Assembly (NCBI GenBank): GCA_045655025.1
Contig: JAZOOM010000065.1
Location: 1-36,957 of the forward strand
DNA: 36,957 nt
Source of the DNA: Eubacteriales bacterium
GTDB taxonomy: Bacteria; Bacillota; Clostridia; Oscillospirales; CAG-272
Direction of reading: 5' to 3'
Shown: positions 20,892 through 30,392 of the stretch, piece after piece
How the letters are laid out: each line of letters begins with the position of its first letter
How positions within the stretch are numbered: position 1 is the stretch's first letter
Notes under the pieces: generated by a model
Seen by the model: the letters and a program-made list of their open reading frames with translations, nothing else
Database searches by the model: none
What the model was told of the DNA's origin: nothing
Made by a program: the position numbers and the translations under genes

Positions 20892-21150
20892 CGTCCTGCT
20901 GCAAAAGGACTTCCTTCACAAAAGCCTCTTCTTCTGCACAGGTATAGCCGCGATAGACAACCTCTCGAATGTCCACATGATTGAAGAGAAAACGCTGATC
21001 GTCCGAAAGATGGCCTTCAGGATAGAAGCACGCGATATAGTCATATATCATCGCTTCGTTAGCAATGCGAACGCAACGTCCATAGATCATCAGGGGCTTT
21101 CTCCCGCCATTCAGTAAGACCACACTTCCAATCGGCAAATAGTCTTTCAT
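20884..21150 (-). CDS. DUF4176 protein (T7SS-associated)
   Basis: LPIGSVVLL..LMIYGR..YDYIACFYPEG..FNH.DI.EV..RGY..EE signature. Confidence 0.9.
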   Translation of the reverse strand: MKDYLPIGSVVLLNGGRKPLMIYGRCVRIANEAMIYDYIACFYPEGHLSDDQRFLFNHVDIREVVYRGYTCAEEEAFVKEVLLQQDDV

Positions 21151-21180
21151 ATCAAAACGACCTCTCTTTCGTAAAAATCT

Positions 21181-21900
21181 CTAAAGATTATAAATCAAAG
21201 ATACAACATACTGTGTACCGCCCCTGGCAATGGCAACATAGGAATCTGATCCCAAACCTTGCGCACACATATAAAGGGCATCTCCGACATCTTTAAAAAG
21301 CACATTGACTTCTCGGTTTCCTCTTATATCGCGTATGGAAGAGACAGCCTTTTGGCCTGGAGATTGGCTACGCATATTGGTTTGCCATTCCTGAAGCCAT
21401 GCAACCGGAATCCCATATTTTTTTTGAAGTTCCCCGAAATTTTCCGCGGATCCGGCACCGACGAGGAGCTTCCCCTCCTCAGAAGTTAGCTTCACAAAAA
21501 AGGAACCCAACACATGAGGTCGGAAGGTCAGCCCGTTCATCCGGCAGATCCATTCGTCGAGATTGTCCGCCTCGTTCATCACGTGCTGAATTTCAAAAAC
21601 GTCCCCAACCTTGCGGTAACACAGGAACGAATCGTAATTCACCAGCAATCCGACCTGCCGCCCCATAATGGTTCTGCTCATAACGTACAGAGCATCCTGC
21701 CAAGCGGTAAGGATACGGGAGACGGCGTATTCAAGTCGATATCCATTTGCGCAAGGGGTAATATACCCCTTGCGCAAAAGAGACTCAATGGCATCATCAT
21801 CCTTCCGCACCATTACGTCCACAGCCGGGAGGAGGGAGATGCTCGACAGGGACAGAAGCGTAGCCAGTTCTTTTTCAGTCAATTGGGAACGCATCGCCAT
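21181..21900 (-). CDS. Hypothetical protein, possible EspG/EsaE-like T7SS chaperone or immunity protein
   Basis: 239 aa, AAGGAG RBS; LTEKEL..LL and AIESLLRKGYI..YRL..V motif. Confidence 0.65.
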   Translation of the reverse strand: MAMRSQLTEKELATLLSLSSISLLPAVDVMVRKDDDAIESLLRKGYITPCANGYRLEYAVSRILTAWQDALYVMSRTIMGRQVGLLVNYDSFLCYRKVGDVFEIQHVMNEADNLDEWICRMNGLTFRPHVLGSFFVKLTSEEGKLLVGAGSAENFGELQKKYGIPVAWLQEWQTNMRSQSPGQKAVSSIRDIRGNREVNVLFKDVGDALYMCAQGLGSDSYVAIARGGTQYVVSLIYNL

Positions 21901-21906
21901 TCTCCT

Positions 21907-23313
21907 TTACCACTTCTTGATCCAGTTAACCACGGCGGCTCCAGCAGAAGCGACCGTATTCACGACTGCCTTGGTCTGCGCGACAGCCACGTTCAGCGCA
22001 GTCTCAATAGGTGCGGCAACAACCTTGGCGGCTCCCTCAACGAAGTCGCCGACGCTGGTCGGATTCGTCATCTTCTTGATGCCCGTCTTAACGCTCTCCG
22101 CGCCGGACTTCACGGCGTTCCCCACGTCCTTGACGCAGGTCTCGCCGATGGCCTTCATATCGACCTTACCCGTCTCGTATGCCGTCGATACGGATTCCGC
22201 CACCTGTTTGGCACCCTCTACAACGTTGGGAGCAACCGTCTCAGCGAGATCGTTCCACATCCAACTCACGCCTACGGAGACGGCAACGCCAATGGCAACA
22301 CCCGCAGCCGTGGCCGCAATGGCGCCGGCTCCTGCGGCAGCAATCGCCGTAACAGCGGCGGTCGATACAATTGCCGACGCAACACCGGCTGCAGTTTCAC
22401 GAGCGATGTTGTTGGCATACTCTCCACCCGTAATCGTGCCGTTCTTGAGATCCTGATAGCCTACCAACGCCTCAATTCCGCCTCCGAGGACACCGCCGAT
22501 GACACCCGCCTTTACATACGTGCCAACCTTAATATTCTTGGCAGCCTCGGCAGCTCTGGCGGCGCGCTCAGCTCCGGTAAGACCCTTCTCCCCAAAGAGA
22601 GTGGTCTTCAAAGTAGCTTTTTTGGCAACCTCCTGCGAGATGTGGGAATTTTGCACGTTAATTTTAACGCCATCATCCAGACTATCCACACCCTTCTTCA
22701 GAGGCTCATACATCTCCTTGCTGGTGATGATTTTCTCACAATGCGCGTAGTCCCCTTGTCCGACACGCACGACGATCTTCTGTGCGTAGCCTGCGCCTCC
22801 GGCCTTCACTTCGTTAAATGCCCCGTTAATGATCACGTCGGCACCAGTTTCGGTCAGACTTTCTCCAAGAGTAGCAACCCCCTTGGTAAAGGGATTGATA
22901 TTGTGCTGATTGCGCACCATGATCTCCAAGGCAGTACCAAAGGAGTTCTTGCCGGATCCCACACGTTGGAAAGTCTCCAAACCCACCAAGGTTCGTCCGA
23001 GATCCACGCCCAGCAATCCGCCGACAAGACCGGGGAGCGTGAACTGTCCCGTCTTGCCAAGGGTCTTTTGGATATGTTCGGCATTATCCACGTCCTGATC
23101 AACGAGGGTGCGCGGGATCTTGCCTGCGCAATCATTGGTGAGATCCGTCATGTCCTTCAGCGAGAGGCGGAGTTGTTTTGTTACGGATCGGGAACCGGAC
23201 ACAGTCACTTTTTCCATGACAGCGTGGACGTTTTCCAGGTGATCACACACCTGATTCATATGTTGAAGAAACAGCTTATATTCTTCCAGTTTGATTCCGG
23301 TGTTGGTGTCCAT
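21907..23313 (-). CDS. Putative T7SS effector: WXG/LXG-like N-terminus plus Gly/Ala-rich hydrophobic (pore-forming-like) C-terminus
   Basis: Helical N-terminal ~85 aa ending TLVDQDVDNAEHI; GVIGGVLGGG and AAVTAIAAAGAGAIAATAAGVAIGVAV segments; follows the WXG100 genes. Confidence 0.7.
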   Translation of the reverse strand: MDTNTGIKLEEYKLFLQHMNQVCDHLENVHAVMEKVTVSGSRSVTKQLRLSLKDMTDLTNDCAGKIPRTLVDQDVDNAEHIQKTLGKTGQFTLPGLVGGLLGVDLGRTLVGLETFQRVGSGKNSFGTALEIMVRNQHNINPFTKGVATLGESLTETGADVIINGAFNEVKAGGAGYAQKIVVRVGQGDYAHCEKIITSKEMYEPLKKGVDSLDDGVKINVQNSHISQEVAKKATLKTTLFGEKGLTGAERAARAAEAAKNIKVGTYVKAGVIGGVLGGGIEALVGYQDLKNGTITGGEYANNIARETAAGVASAIVSTAAVTAIAAAGAGAIAATAAGVAIGVAVSVGVSWMWNDLAETVAPNVVEGAKQVAESVSTAYETGKVDMKAIGETCVKDVGNAVKSGAESVKTGIKKMTNPTSVGDFVEGAAKVVAAPIETALNVAVAQTKAVVNTVASAGAAVVNWIKKW

Positions 23314-23371
23314 ATCTCTACCTCAAAAGGCCGCAGCCGATCGGCCGCGGCCTCTTTCCTTGAAATTTTGC

Positions 23372-23689
23372 TTACGCACTGGCGACGGCACTGAAATCCT
23401 TGATGATATGCGCCGCGTTTTCTTCGTCCTTGTACGTAATGGTATTCTTCGCAGCGAGCAAGGTCTGCGGATAGCTCTTGAGCAATTCGATCATGGGGTC
23501 GAAGAAGGAGCTCTTCAAGGCCTGGTAAACCTCTGCATACGCTTGCTCTGCGTGACCCTGCCAGATCTGATTCAGCTCGTCCATGCGCTCGCGGATATCC
23601 TCCATACCCGTGGAGAGAGACGACGAAACGGACTCAAGCTCCGAAATAGTGGCAGTAATCTGCTCTTCCGACATTAAAAGCTTATACAT
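23372..23689 (-). CDS. WXG100-family type VII secretion substrate
   Basis: 105 aa helix-turn-helix with central WQG (LNQIWQGHAEQAY). Confidence 0.88.
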   Translation of the reverse strand: MYKLLMSEEQITATISELESVSSSLSTGMEDIRERMDELNQIWQGHAEQAYAEVYQALKSSFFDPMIELLKSYPQTLLAAKNTITYKDEENAAHIIKDFSAVASA

Positions 23690-23716
23690 AGTGACTCTCC
23701 TTTCGTTTATTGGTCA

Positions 23717-24016
23717 TCAAATGAGATACCGAGTGCGGATATCCGAAGCCAAAGCCTCGTCCTGCTCAATCATTTCGGTGTAGGAACGGGTGATCTCCTT
23801 CGGCATCTCGGTCAGAAGATCAAGCAGGCGCTGATAGTCAGCCTTCTTCTCCTCGTGAACCAGCTGGAATGCCTCCTGAGTCTTGGAGAGGAAGCCCTCG
23901 TTCAGGGTCTTCATCGTGCTCTCCAACTGAGTCATGGCATTTGTCACCAGCAACTTGTTCTTCTCAAGGTCCTTGCAAATCTGTTCCAATGCGGTGGCGT
24001 CGTACACAGTGTTCAT
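23717..24016 (-). CDS. WXG100-like protein (degenerate turn motif FLS)
   Basis: 99 aa helical hairpin, LNEGFLSKTQEAF at the WxG position, C-terminal MIEQDEALA export-like motif. Confidence 0.72.
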   Translation of the reverse strand: MNTVYDATALEQICKDLEKNKLLVTNAMTQLESTMKTLNEGFLSKTQEAFQLVHEEKKADYQRLLDLLTEMPKEITRSYTEMIEQDEALASDIRTRYLI

Positions 24017-24213
24017 TCGTATATCCTCTCTTTCAAAATTATGATTTGATCAACATAGCTCTGAAGCATTTTGCGCTGGATGCGCAAAGCCTCCGATATC
24101 GTGTCAGCCGTTTCGCCAAAGAGGCTGTCCCAAAGAGCGATCTCCGCATGCTTGAGCTCATCAATCGCCATCTCCAGCTCTTTGTGACAAAAGGCCAAAT
24201 ATGTCTCGTTCAT
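24013..24213 (-). CDS. Small helical hypothetical protein (66 aa), possibly a truncated WXG-like protein
   Basis: AGGAGGAG RBS before ATG 24213; ATGA overlap with the next gene; own promoter. Confidence 0.6.
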   Translation of the reverse strand: MNETYLAFCHKELEMAIDELKHAEIALWDSLFGETADTISEALRIQRKMLQSYVDQIIILKERIYE

Positions 24214-24236
24214 AGCCTCTCCTCCTTTCTGACCAC

Positions 24237-24265
24237 ATTGTATCACAAAAAACGACATTTGTCAA
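24237..24265 (-). promoter_or_regulatory. Internal sigma-A promoter for the substrate genes
   Basis: TTGACA-N17-TACAAT with TG extended -10. Confidence 0.7.
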
Positions 24266-24305
24266 GAGGTTTTCCAAATGTTTTTGTCAAATTATTTTAC
24301 ATTGT

Positions 24306-24977
24306 TCAATTTCTCTTTAATTTTTGGATTCTATTGTCCAAAAAGTCCGAAAGGCACCGATCAATGTGCCGGCGATCGCCGCAACGGATGATCATATTTC
24401 CCTTGTCCGTGTCTCCCTGAAGCAGCCACGCGCCGCCGCCCCTTCTGGCAAACAGAACGCAAGCTCCGCCTTCGGCTCCCCCGTTTTCAAAGGTAAAGCG
24501 CACGAAGGGCTCCTCCTCCGAAAAGGAGAAATCCTTGGGTTCTTCATCCACGTAACAGCTGGACGCGCAGGTGCCCGCAGTGGGTACCTGTGCGGCCAGC
24601 TTCAAAAACGTACTCAAGGGAGACTCGCCCAGCTCGGCCAGCAGGAAATCGACGCGGTGGTCATCCGCGGTTCGGGTCACGATGACGTGATCCCCCTGCC
24701 CAAAAAACATGTAAACCGAGCTGTCGTGACTCTTGGCAGACGGACATTCGATCCCCACCGTGGCATCCGCATTGCTGATGATCTTCACAACGTCCGCCAC
24801 GGGATCGGACAGCCGGTACTGCTGATCCTTGGTGGGAACGATGATCCGCTTGGATCTGAGCGAACACAGAACCTCCTCGGTAAGCGCCTCGCCGTCCCGA
24901 ATATTCTTTACCAAGCTATCCCATTCCAAGCCGCTCATGCTCACGGCAATCGGATATTTCGTATCAATAACGTTCAT
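24306..24977 (-). CDS. Hypothetical protein, possible EspG/EsaE-like T7SS accessory
   Basis: 223 aa, AGGAGG RBS; VLCSLRSKRII..QYRLSDPV motif resembles 21181-21900. Confidence 0.65.
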   Translation of the reverse strand: MNVIDTKYPIAVSMSGLEWDSLVKNIRDGEALTEEVLCSLRSKRIIVPTKDQQYRLSDPVADVVKIISNADATVGIECPSAKSHDSSVYMFFGQGDHVIVTRTADDHRVDFLLAELGESPLSTFLKLAAQVPTAGTCASSCYVDEEPKDFSFSEEEPFVRFTFENGGAEGGACVLFARRGGGAWLLQGDTDKGNMIIRCGDRRHIDRCLSDFLDNRIQKLKRN

Positions 24978-25002
24978 ATTGTCCTCCTATACGGTTACTT
25001 TT

Positions 25003-28000
25003 TTAGTTGTCCCGATACAGCTTCGTCAATCTTGGGCCGCGCGGATCATAGAGATATCCGTAGCCGTCGGGAATACTGCGATGTGAAAGCCCCGAAACAC
25101 CCCAGCGATCCTTGGTGGTTCCTCCCAAGGCCAAGCCGTGGTTGTAGTTCAGAATACCGGGAGTAATCGAGGCTACGGTTCCCTTATCCAACAATGCGTT
25201 CGCGGAATCGGACAGGATAAAGCGTACTCGGTTATAGTTGTAAATGGAAGCGCTTGATGCAGCCTGTGAGCCCAGCACCGTCAAAATCTTTTTGCTCGCG
25301 TCACTGGCGAGGGAACGCAACATGGCAAAATTACACAGGAAAATAAAGGTATAGCCGTCACCCGTTTTGTCGTACGTATCAACCGCTTTGATACCGTCAT
25401 CCAATTCGGCGGCACCGTAGACAGAAATGTTCATGCTCGAATCCGCAAGATTCTCAAAGGGATTGTCTTGCATCAGCGGATCGACCACAATGATCTGTCG
25501 CACGTCAAAGTTCTTTTGCCTGAGAAGATAGCGAACCATCCGGTGCATAACGGTCGAATCATCGTCACCGGACACAACGAAGAACGGGGACTCGTTGAAA
25601 TGGTATCCAACAGGGGCAAAGGGATAATCCCCGTCAATGCCCACAGGAATCAGATCGTGACAGTACTCCACATCCCGGAAGGTGACCGTATCTGGGATCT
25701 GCTCGATCCGGATGAGATTCTTGATCCCGCGAACGGTCGGAACGATCTGATGAACCTTGCTCTTCAGCTCCTGATCGGACATTGTATCACCGATATGTCC
25801 CGGAAGCGCGATGGCGAACGCCTGCGTTTCCTTCGCGTAGGATCCTCGCCGGTAAAACAACATCCGACCGGGGGTGGCAACGGGAGCCTTAATGTCCCGA
25901 AGCGGGAAATAATGCTCATAGGGATCATTATCTAGCTTGAATGACATCCATGTCGTAATAGACTGACGATACGTCAACGGCAAAACACTGACCGTAGCCG
26001 TAGAAAAAACGAAGTGGACGCCCAGCGCGAAGGAGTTCTTGCTGATTATCATCAACCTGTTCGCAAGAGTCGGCATTTCCTCATAAAGGGTATCCAAACC
26101 ATCGATCATAATCACAAGCCTCGGATGGTTTAGCGAAACCTTCCTTCTGTACTCGATCTCGCGCTGCAGACGGGGAACCAAACGCTCCAAAAGCTCGTTG
26201 TCCTCGAAGGTGATTGTGTGCACAACGTTGGGAACCTGCTCAAAGGCGCGGTAGTCACTATCCTTGAGCCCGAACGAGCAGACCCAGAACTGCAATTCGT
26301 CTGTCGTATAGAGCCAGCTTCCCATGAACAGCATGCTTTGTAGCAGCGTGGTCTTTCCCATGCCGGGATTGCCGCAAACCACGACGTTACCTTGATGCAG
26401 GGAGACCTCAGCACGTTCCATTTTCGCCGCGTAGATGTTATCGCTCATACCGATTGGGATGGTCACATTGGGATACGGACATTTCGCCCTTTTGATTCCG
26501 GGCAATAGACTCCATATCATCTCATCAGGAAGCGGAGTCTCAAACACAAGCTTGGCATTGGCGTGCTTTTGATCCTTGGCCGCCTGCTTGATAGCGGCTA
26601 CCAGCGCCTCCATTTGGGTTACGGCAGGAGAATCTGTGCAGAGCACGTCTCCCCCGTAGGGCGTTTGAAACTCCACCAAACCATCCCGATCCGTCAACAA
26701 ATACCCGCGGCCTCTTTGATCGGGCTTGATATACGCCGCATCGGGCTGATCAATGATCGCCCTGGAAATGGAATCGTCACGCACCTTAAAGCAAATATCG
26801 TAACCGATGTTTGCCGCGATCTGACCTCCGATCTGAGGCGCTGGATTTTGGGCGGAAAGAAGCAGATAAATACCTCGAGAGCGTCCCTGTCTGGCAATGC
26901 AGGCGATATTATCCAGGAAGGAGCTATCGCTCTGCTTAGCATCCACGAACTCATCAACAATGACCAGCAGATAGGGCATGGCCTCCAGTGCCGTCTTGTC
27001 TTGACAGTACTTTTCCTGATAGTACTCAATCTCGTTGACCGCAATGAGTCCATCCTCCTTGGCCTTGTTTAACAGCTTCTGTCTTCGTTTGCTTTCGGCC
27101 TCCAGCATGATCAATACGCGCTTCAGCTGATAAGAGCCGTCCAGATCGGACAAAGCCCCTGCGAAGTGAGGAAGGTCCTTGAGTTGCATAGAGCTTGCAT
27201 CTCCCTTAAAGTCGATGATTGCAAAGGAGAAAAGATCCGGACTGTACTTCGTGCAGAGCAGGGCAACCATGGAAAGAAGGAACTGAGACTTACCGCTTCC
27301 CGTCATACCGGCAACGATACCGTGACCGCGGCAACCGGTAAAATCAATACTGACGATTCCGCCGGCCCCTTGCCCGATGGGCACGCTCAATCCGGCCCCC
27401 TTGCACTGCTTCCAAGCACCTGAAATGCGTGAAACGGCGGCAGAAAACGCGAACGTGAGATTCATGAACTGGAAGAGCGAAAGCTTATCGGGAAGCTGTC
27501 CACCTCTCGCCAGCAAACCGCCTCGGTCTGCGTATTGAGCAAGCAAGGGAAACAGTTGCTGAGGAATGGCCTCCTTATGCAGCCATTCGGGAACCATCTC
27601 CACGCTCCTTGCAAAGGGGAATGTCAGCTCTGCCTTCGATATAGACTCGGCATGAATGTTGCATTCGCTGAAAACGGGTGCGTAATTCACATGGCAAACG
27701 AGCAGGCATACACGGGCGGAAGCATCACAGATGACTCTGTATAGCTGATCCAACTCGGCGTTGGACAAATCCAGGCTCTGAATCAATAGGAATTGCGCGG
27801 GCGGTACCATTCGTATCCGTTCCATTGCATCCTGAGCATTCCCATAGGATACGGAGGGCGGGGGCGGAACAGGCATTCCGTTTCTCCCGTTGCCGCACAG
27901 CATGACATGAACACGCTCGGGCGCATATGCCGCCAACAGTTCGCCCACAATCCCATTCGCAACAGACTCAGCCTGCTGACCCGTTACCGAAATGCAACGG

Positions 28001-28650
28001 TATTCGTCGCAGTTCAAAAGTAGCGGCATCAACTTGATAGTCTGACTTTTCTTAATCCTGTTCAGAACATCCTCTGCCAGAGGATGATTCGACAGGTCAT
28101 TCCCGGGGATAATACCCGCAGGATTGGGTGCGTTGCGAACCGAACCGACTCGCACCGTGATATGGTCATCGTTTGTCCTCTCTCCCATCCATTCGGATCG
28201 CCAAATATGGGAGAACAACGATGTATAGTCCTTGGGAGGATAGGCGCAGTTGATCCGCCTTGCGTAATCCTCTCCTTCCGCCTCGGCTTGGGCGATCGCC
28301 TTACTCAGCTTTTTGTTGAACTCCTCGGTCATTGCCCGATTCTTTTTTGCGTTCTGATGCTTCGAATAAAAGAATTCAATCACCGAACAGATGAGAGAAG
28401 AGATCATGCCCAAGGCCATAAAGGCAATCATGTAACCCATATGAAATCCTTGACCGGGCATGATGATGGTAAAGAGAAGATAGATACCGCCTCCTAAAAC
28501 GGCAAGCTGTATGCTGGGAAACAGGACCGTCTTGAGCCAGGAAAATTTGGATTGAGTGTGAAGACCGGGCAATTCCGGCATGGTAACCGCGGCAGGGGAA
28601 GTTATATCCCGAGCACGAAAGGCAGGAATAAAGAATTCTTTTTTCATCAT
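25003..28650 (-). CDS. essC: Type VII secretion FtsK/SpoIIIE ATPase (EssC/EccC-like), without FHA domains
   Basis: 2 N-terminal TMs; D1 HGIVAGMTGSGKS, IIDFKG, VIVDEF, ARQGRSRGIYLLLSAQ; D2 GNPGMGKTT, IMIDG; degenerate D3; start 28650 or 28647. Confidence 0.88.
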   Translation of the reverse strand: MMKKEFFIPAFRARDITSPAAVTMPELPGLHTQSKFSWLKTVLFPSIQLAVLGGGIYLLFTIIMPGQGFHMGYMIAFMALGMISSLICSVIEFFYSKHQNAKKNRAMTEEFNKKLSKAIAQAEAEGEDYARRINCAYPPKDYTSLFSHIWRSEWMGERTNDDHITVRVGSVRNAPNPAGIIPGNDLSNHPLAEDVLNRIKKSQTIKLMPLLLNCDEYRCISVTGQQAESVANGIVGELLAAYAPERVHVMLCGNGRNGMPVPPPPSVSYGNAQDAMERIRMVPPAQFLLIQSLDLSNAELDQLYRVICDASARVCLLVCHVNYAPVFSECNIHAESISKAELTFPFARSVEMVPEWLHKEAIPQQLFPLLAQYADRGGLLARGGQLPDKLSLFQFMNLTFAFSAAVSRISGAWKQCKGAGLSVPIGQGAGGIVSIDFTGCRGHGIVAGMTGSGKSQFLLSMVALLCTKYSPDLFSFAIIDFKGDASSMQLKDLPHFAGALSDLDGSYQLKRVLIMLEAESKRRQKLLNKAKEDGLIAVNEIEYYQEKYCQDKTALEAMPYLLVIVDEFVDAKQSDSSFLDNIACIARQGRSRGIYLLLSAQNPAPQIGGQIAANIGYDICFKVRDDSISRAIIDQPDAAYIKPDQRGRGYLLTDRDGLVEFQTPYGGDVLCTDSPAVTQMEALVAAIKQAAKDQKHANAKLVFETPLPDEMIWSLLPGIKRAKCPYPNVTIPIGMSDNIYAAKMERAEVSLHQGNVVVCGNPGMGKTTLLQSMLFMGSWLYTTDELQFWVCSFGLKDSDYRAFEQVPNVVHTITFEDNELLERLVPRLQREIEYRRKVSLNHPRLVIMIDGLDTLYEEMPTLANRLMIISKNSFALGVHFVFSTATVSVLPLTYRQSITTWMSFKLDNDPYEHYFPLRDIKAPVATPGRMLFYRRGSYAKETQAFAIALPGHIGDTMSDQELKSKVHQIVPTVRGIKNLIRIEQIPDTVTFRDVEYCHDLIPVGIDGDYPFAPVGYHFNESPFFVVSGDDDSTVMHRMVRYLLRQKNFDVRQIIVVDPLMQDNPFENLADSSMNISVYGAAELDDGIKAVDTYDKTGDGYTFIFLCNFAMLRSLASDASKKILTVLGSQAASSASIYNYNRVRFILSDSANALLDKGTVASITPGILNYNHGLALGGTTKDRWGVSGLSHRSIPDGYGYLYDPRGPRLTKLYRDN

Positions 28651-28783
28651 GACTCCTTATAGATTCAGCGTCGATACATTAATTAAAAACAACCTTACCC
28701 TTCAGCCACTCTTGCTTCTTTCGAAAAGCGTCTTTACGGCAAACGTCCGCGTACAGCGGTTATCGCTTTCCCGGGCAAAATCC

Positions 28784-30100
28784 TCACACCCGTGTTTTTA
28801 GATTGCCGGACGTGATCCTTCGCCCAAGATCTTCTGCCTGAGCTAAGCAAATACGTAAGTTCTTCAAGGTACGGTCTTGCTTACTTTCGATATATTCGTG
28901 GTATAGTGTTCGGATTTTGGTGTAGACTGCTCCTTCCTTTTTCTTAAGTTTTCGCTTTTCTTTGACTTCGACATGTGCCAGATATCGGCAAAACCCGAAA
29001 ATCCGTTCAAACAGCTCCTTTCGAATCTCCGGGTCTACTGTCATATCCCACGGGAAGTCATTATTATATCGCAAGATTGCCTGTTTCATGACAGGATCGT
29101 CATTGAGCATCGACTGCCAGTAATTTTCAGGAAATAGCTGCTGAGCTTCTTCCTCGACAACGTTGTTTGTTTGGCCTCTGTTTGCCGTTTTCGGTGTATC
29201 GTCTATCTCATCACTTCCCTCAACTGCCTTTTCCGGAACAGCAACGACGTCTGATATGGATCGTCTTCCATACAAAGAACAATCTTCAAGCGGATTACGG
29301 TCATCGGCCATCAGACGAGGCTTGGAGTCTCCCCGCCAAAGAAGGGCGATAGAAACGTCGTCAGGGCCGCACCGTCCTAGATCAGCCACCTTGTCCGCGA
29401 AAGCCTTTTCCGACATGGTTGCCTCCTTGAGCCAATTAACAAAGGCAGGCTCCATATGCTTCTGATCCTTTTGGAAGAGCTGAGGCTTCGACACCTCCGG
29501 GCCGTCGCTCATGAGCACGATGCCCCGCAGATCCTTTACCTGGTAGCGCTTAAAGGAGAAATGCTTGAACGCGGGATTCACTAACACCTCTATGCTGGGC
29601 GTGGCGGCTCCCGGAATACTGGAGGGCGAAACGACCCCGAAACCATTCCCCGTATCAGCGGCAATGATACCGTTACCGACCTTCGCGGTGATCAGGATAT
29701 CGTCCTTTACTGCGCACGCGACCAGCGTTGTGCTGTAAGGGCATTTGCGCAGGAAATCGACGTGATAGTAATTGGTGTTTTCCCGAAAAACGGGCGGCAT
29801 GCCGTTTTTGCTCGCATACTTGTCCAAATTTTTCGAATAGTATTCGTAGACGTACGTGTAGAATATATTGCGCAACTGATCCTCCGGTGCCTCGGCAATC
29901 TCGTCGAATTTTTCGACCAAGAAGCGGGTTGCCATTATGACTGCCATTCGGGCACCGATTCCTGCGTATTTCCCTGCTTGTGTCACACCGTCTCCAACGG
30001 CAAGAGCGTATACGCCCTTGTCCGCGCGGCCATGCGCTGCGTCTTGATTTTTGCCTTCAGAACCGGGTGCCGCATAGAAAAACATCGTATATTGATCCAT
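28784..30100 (-). CDS. PP2C-like protein phosphatase (YegK/TerY-P type) with helical C-terminal extension
   Basis: NQDA, LAVGDGV, STTL, VGNG, LMSDG, DDVSI motifs. Confidence 0.85.
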   Translation of the reverse strand: MDQYTMFFYAAPGSEGKNQDAAHGRADKGVYALAVGDGVTQAGKYAGIGARMAVIMATRFLVEKFDEIAEAPEDQLRNIFYTYVYEYYSKNLDKYASKNGMPPVFRENTNYYHVDFLRKCPYSTTLVACAVKDDILITAKVGNGIIAADTGNGFGVVSPSSIPGAATPSIEVLVNPAFKHFSFKRYQVKDLRGIVLMSDGPEVSKPQLFQKDQKHMEPAFVNWLKEATMSEKAFADKVADLGRCGPDDVSIALLWRGDSKPRLMADDRNPLEDCSLYGRRSISDVVAVPEKAVEGSDEIDDTPKTANRGQTNNVVEEEAQQLFPENYWQSMLNDDPVMKQAILRYNNDFPWDMTVDPEIRKELFERIFGFCRYLAHVEVKEKRKLKKKEGAVYTKIRTLYHEYIESKQDRTLKNLRICLAQAEDLGRRITSGNLKTRV

Positions 30101-30392
30101 TTATGTCTACCTTTCTATGTGTCCGCACTCCCTGAGGAATGCGGTATTTTCTTTTTTATCTGTCTGTTGTCTGCAAAGATGGTTAAACGCGAGATGGAAT
30201 TTCATTTCCGATCCCGCGTTTCCGTTTGATTGCCTCAGTGACCAGCGAGACTCTTCTGATTCCCCTTTGCGATCGAATAGCAGTGTCCGTAAAATCGTGT
30301 TACGTCACGGTCGTATGGCCATTCATGGGAAACGCAACACGACCGAACCCACTTCCTAAAAAAGGCGGAACATAGCCCCACATCCAAATGAG

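Noticed and set aside
28651-28783. Hidden ubiquitin-like YukD/EsaB gene before essC
   Set aside because: Only 133 nt, too short, and no suitable ORF
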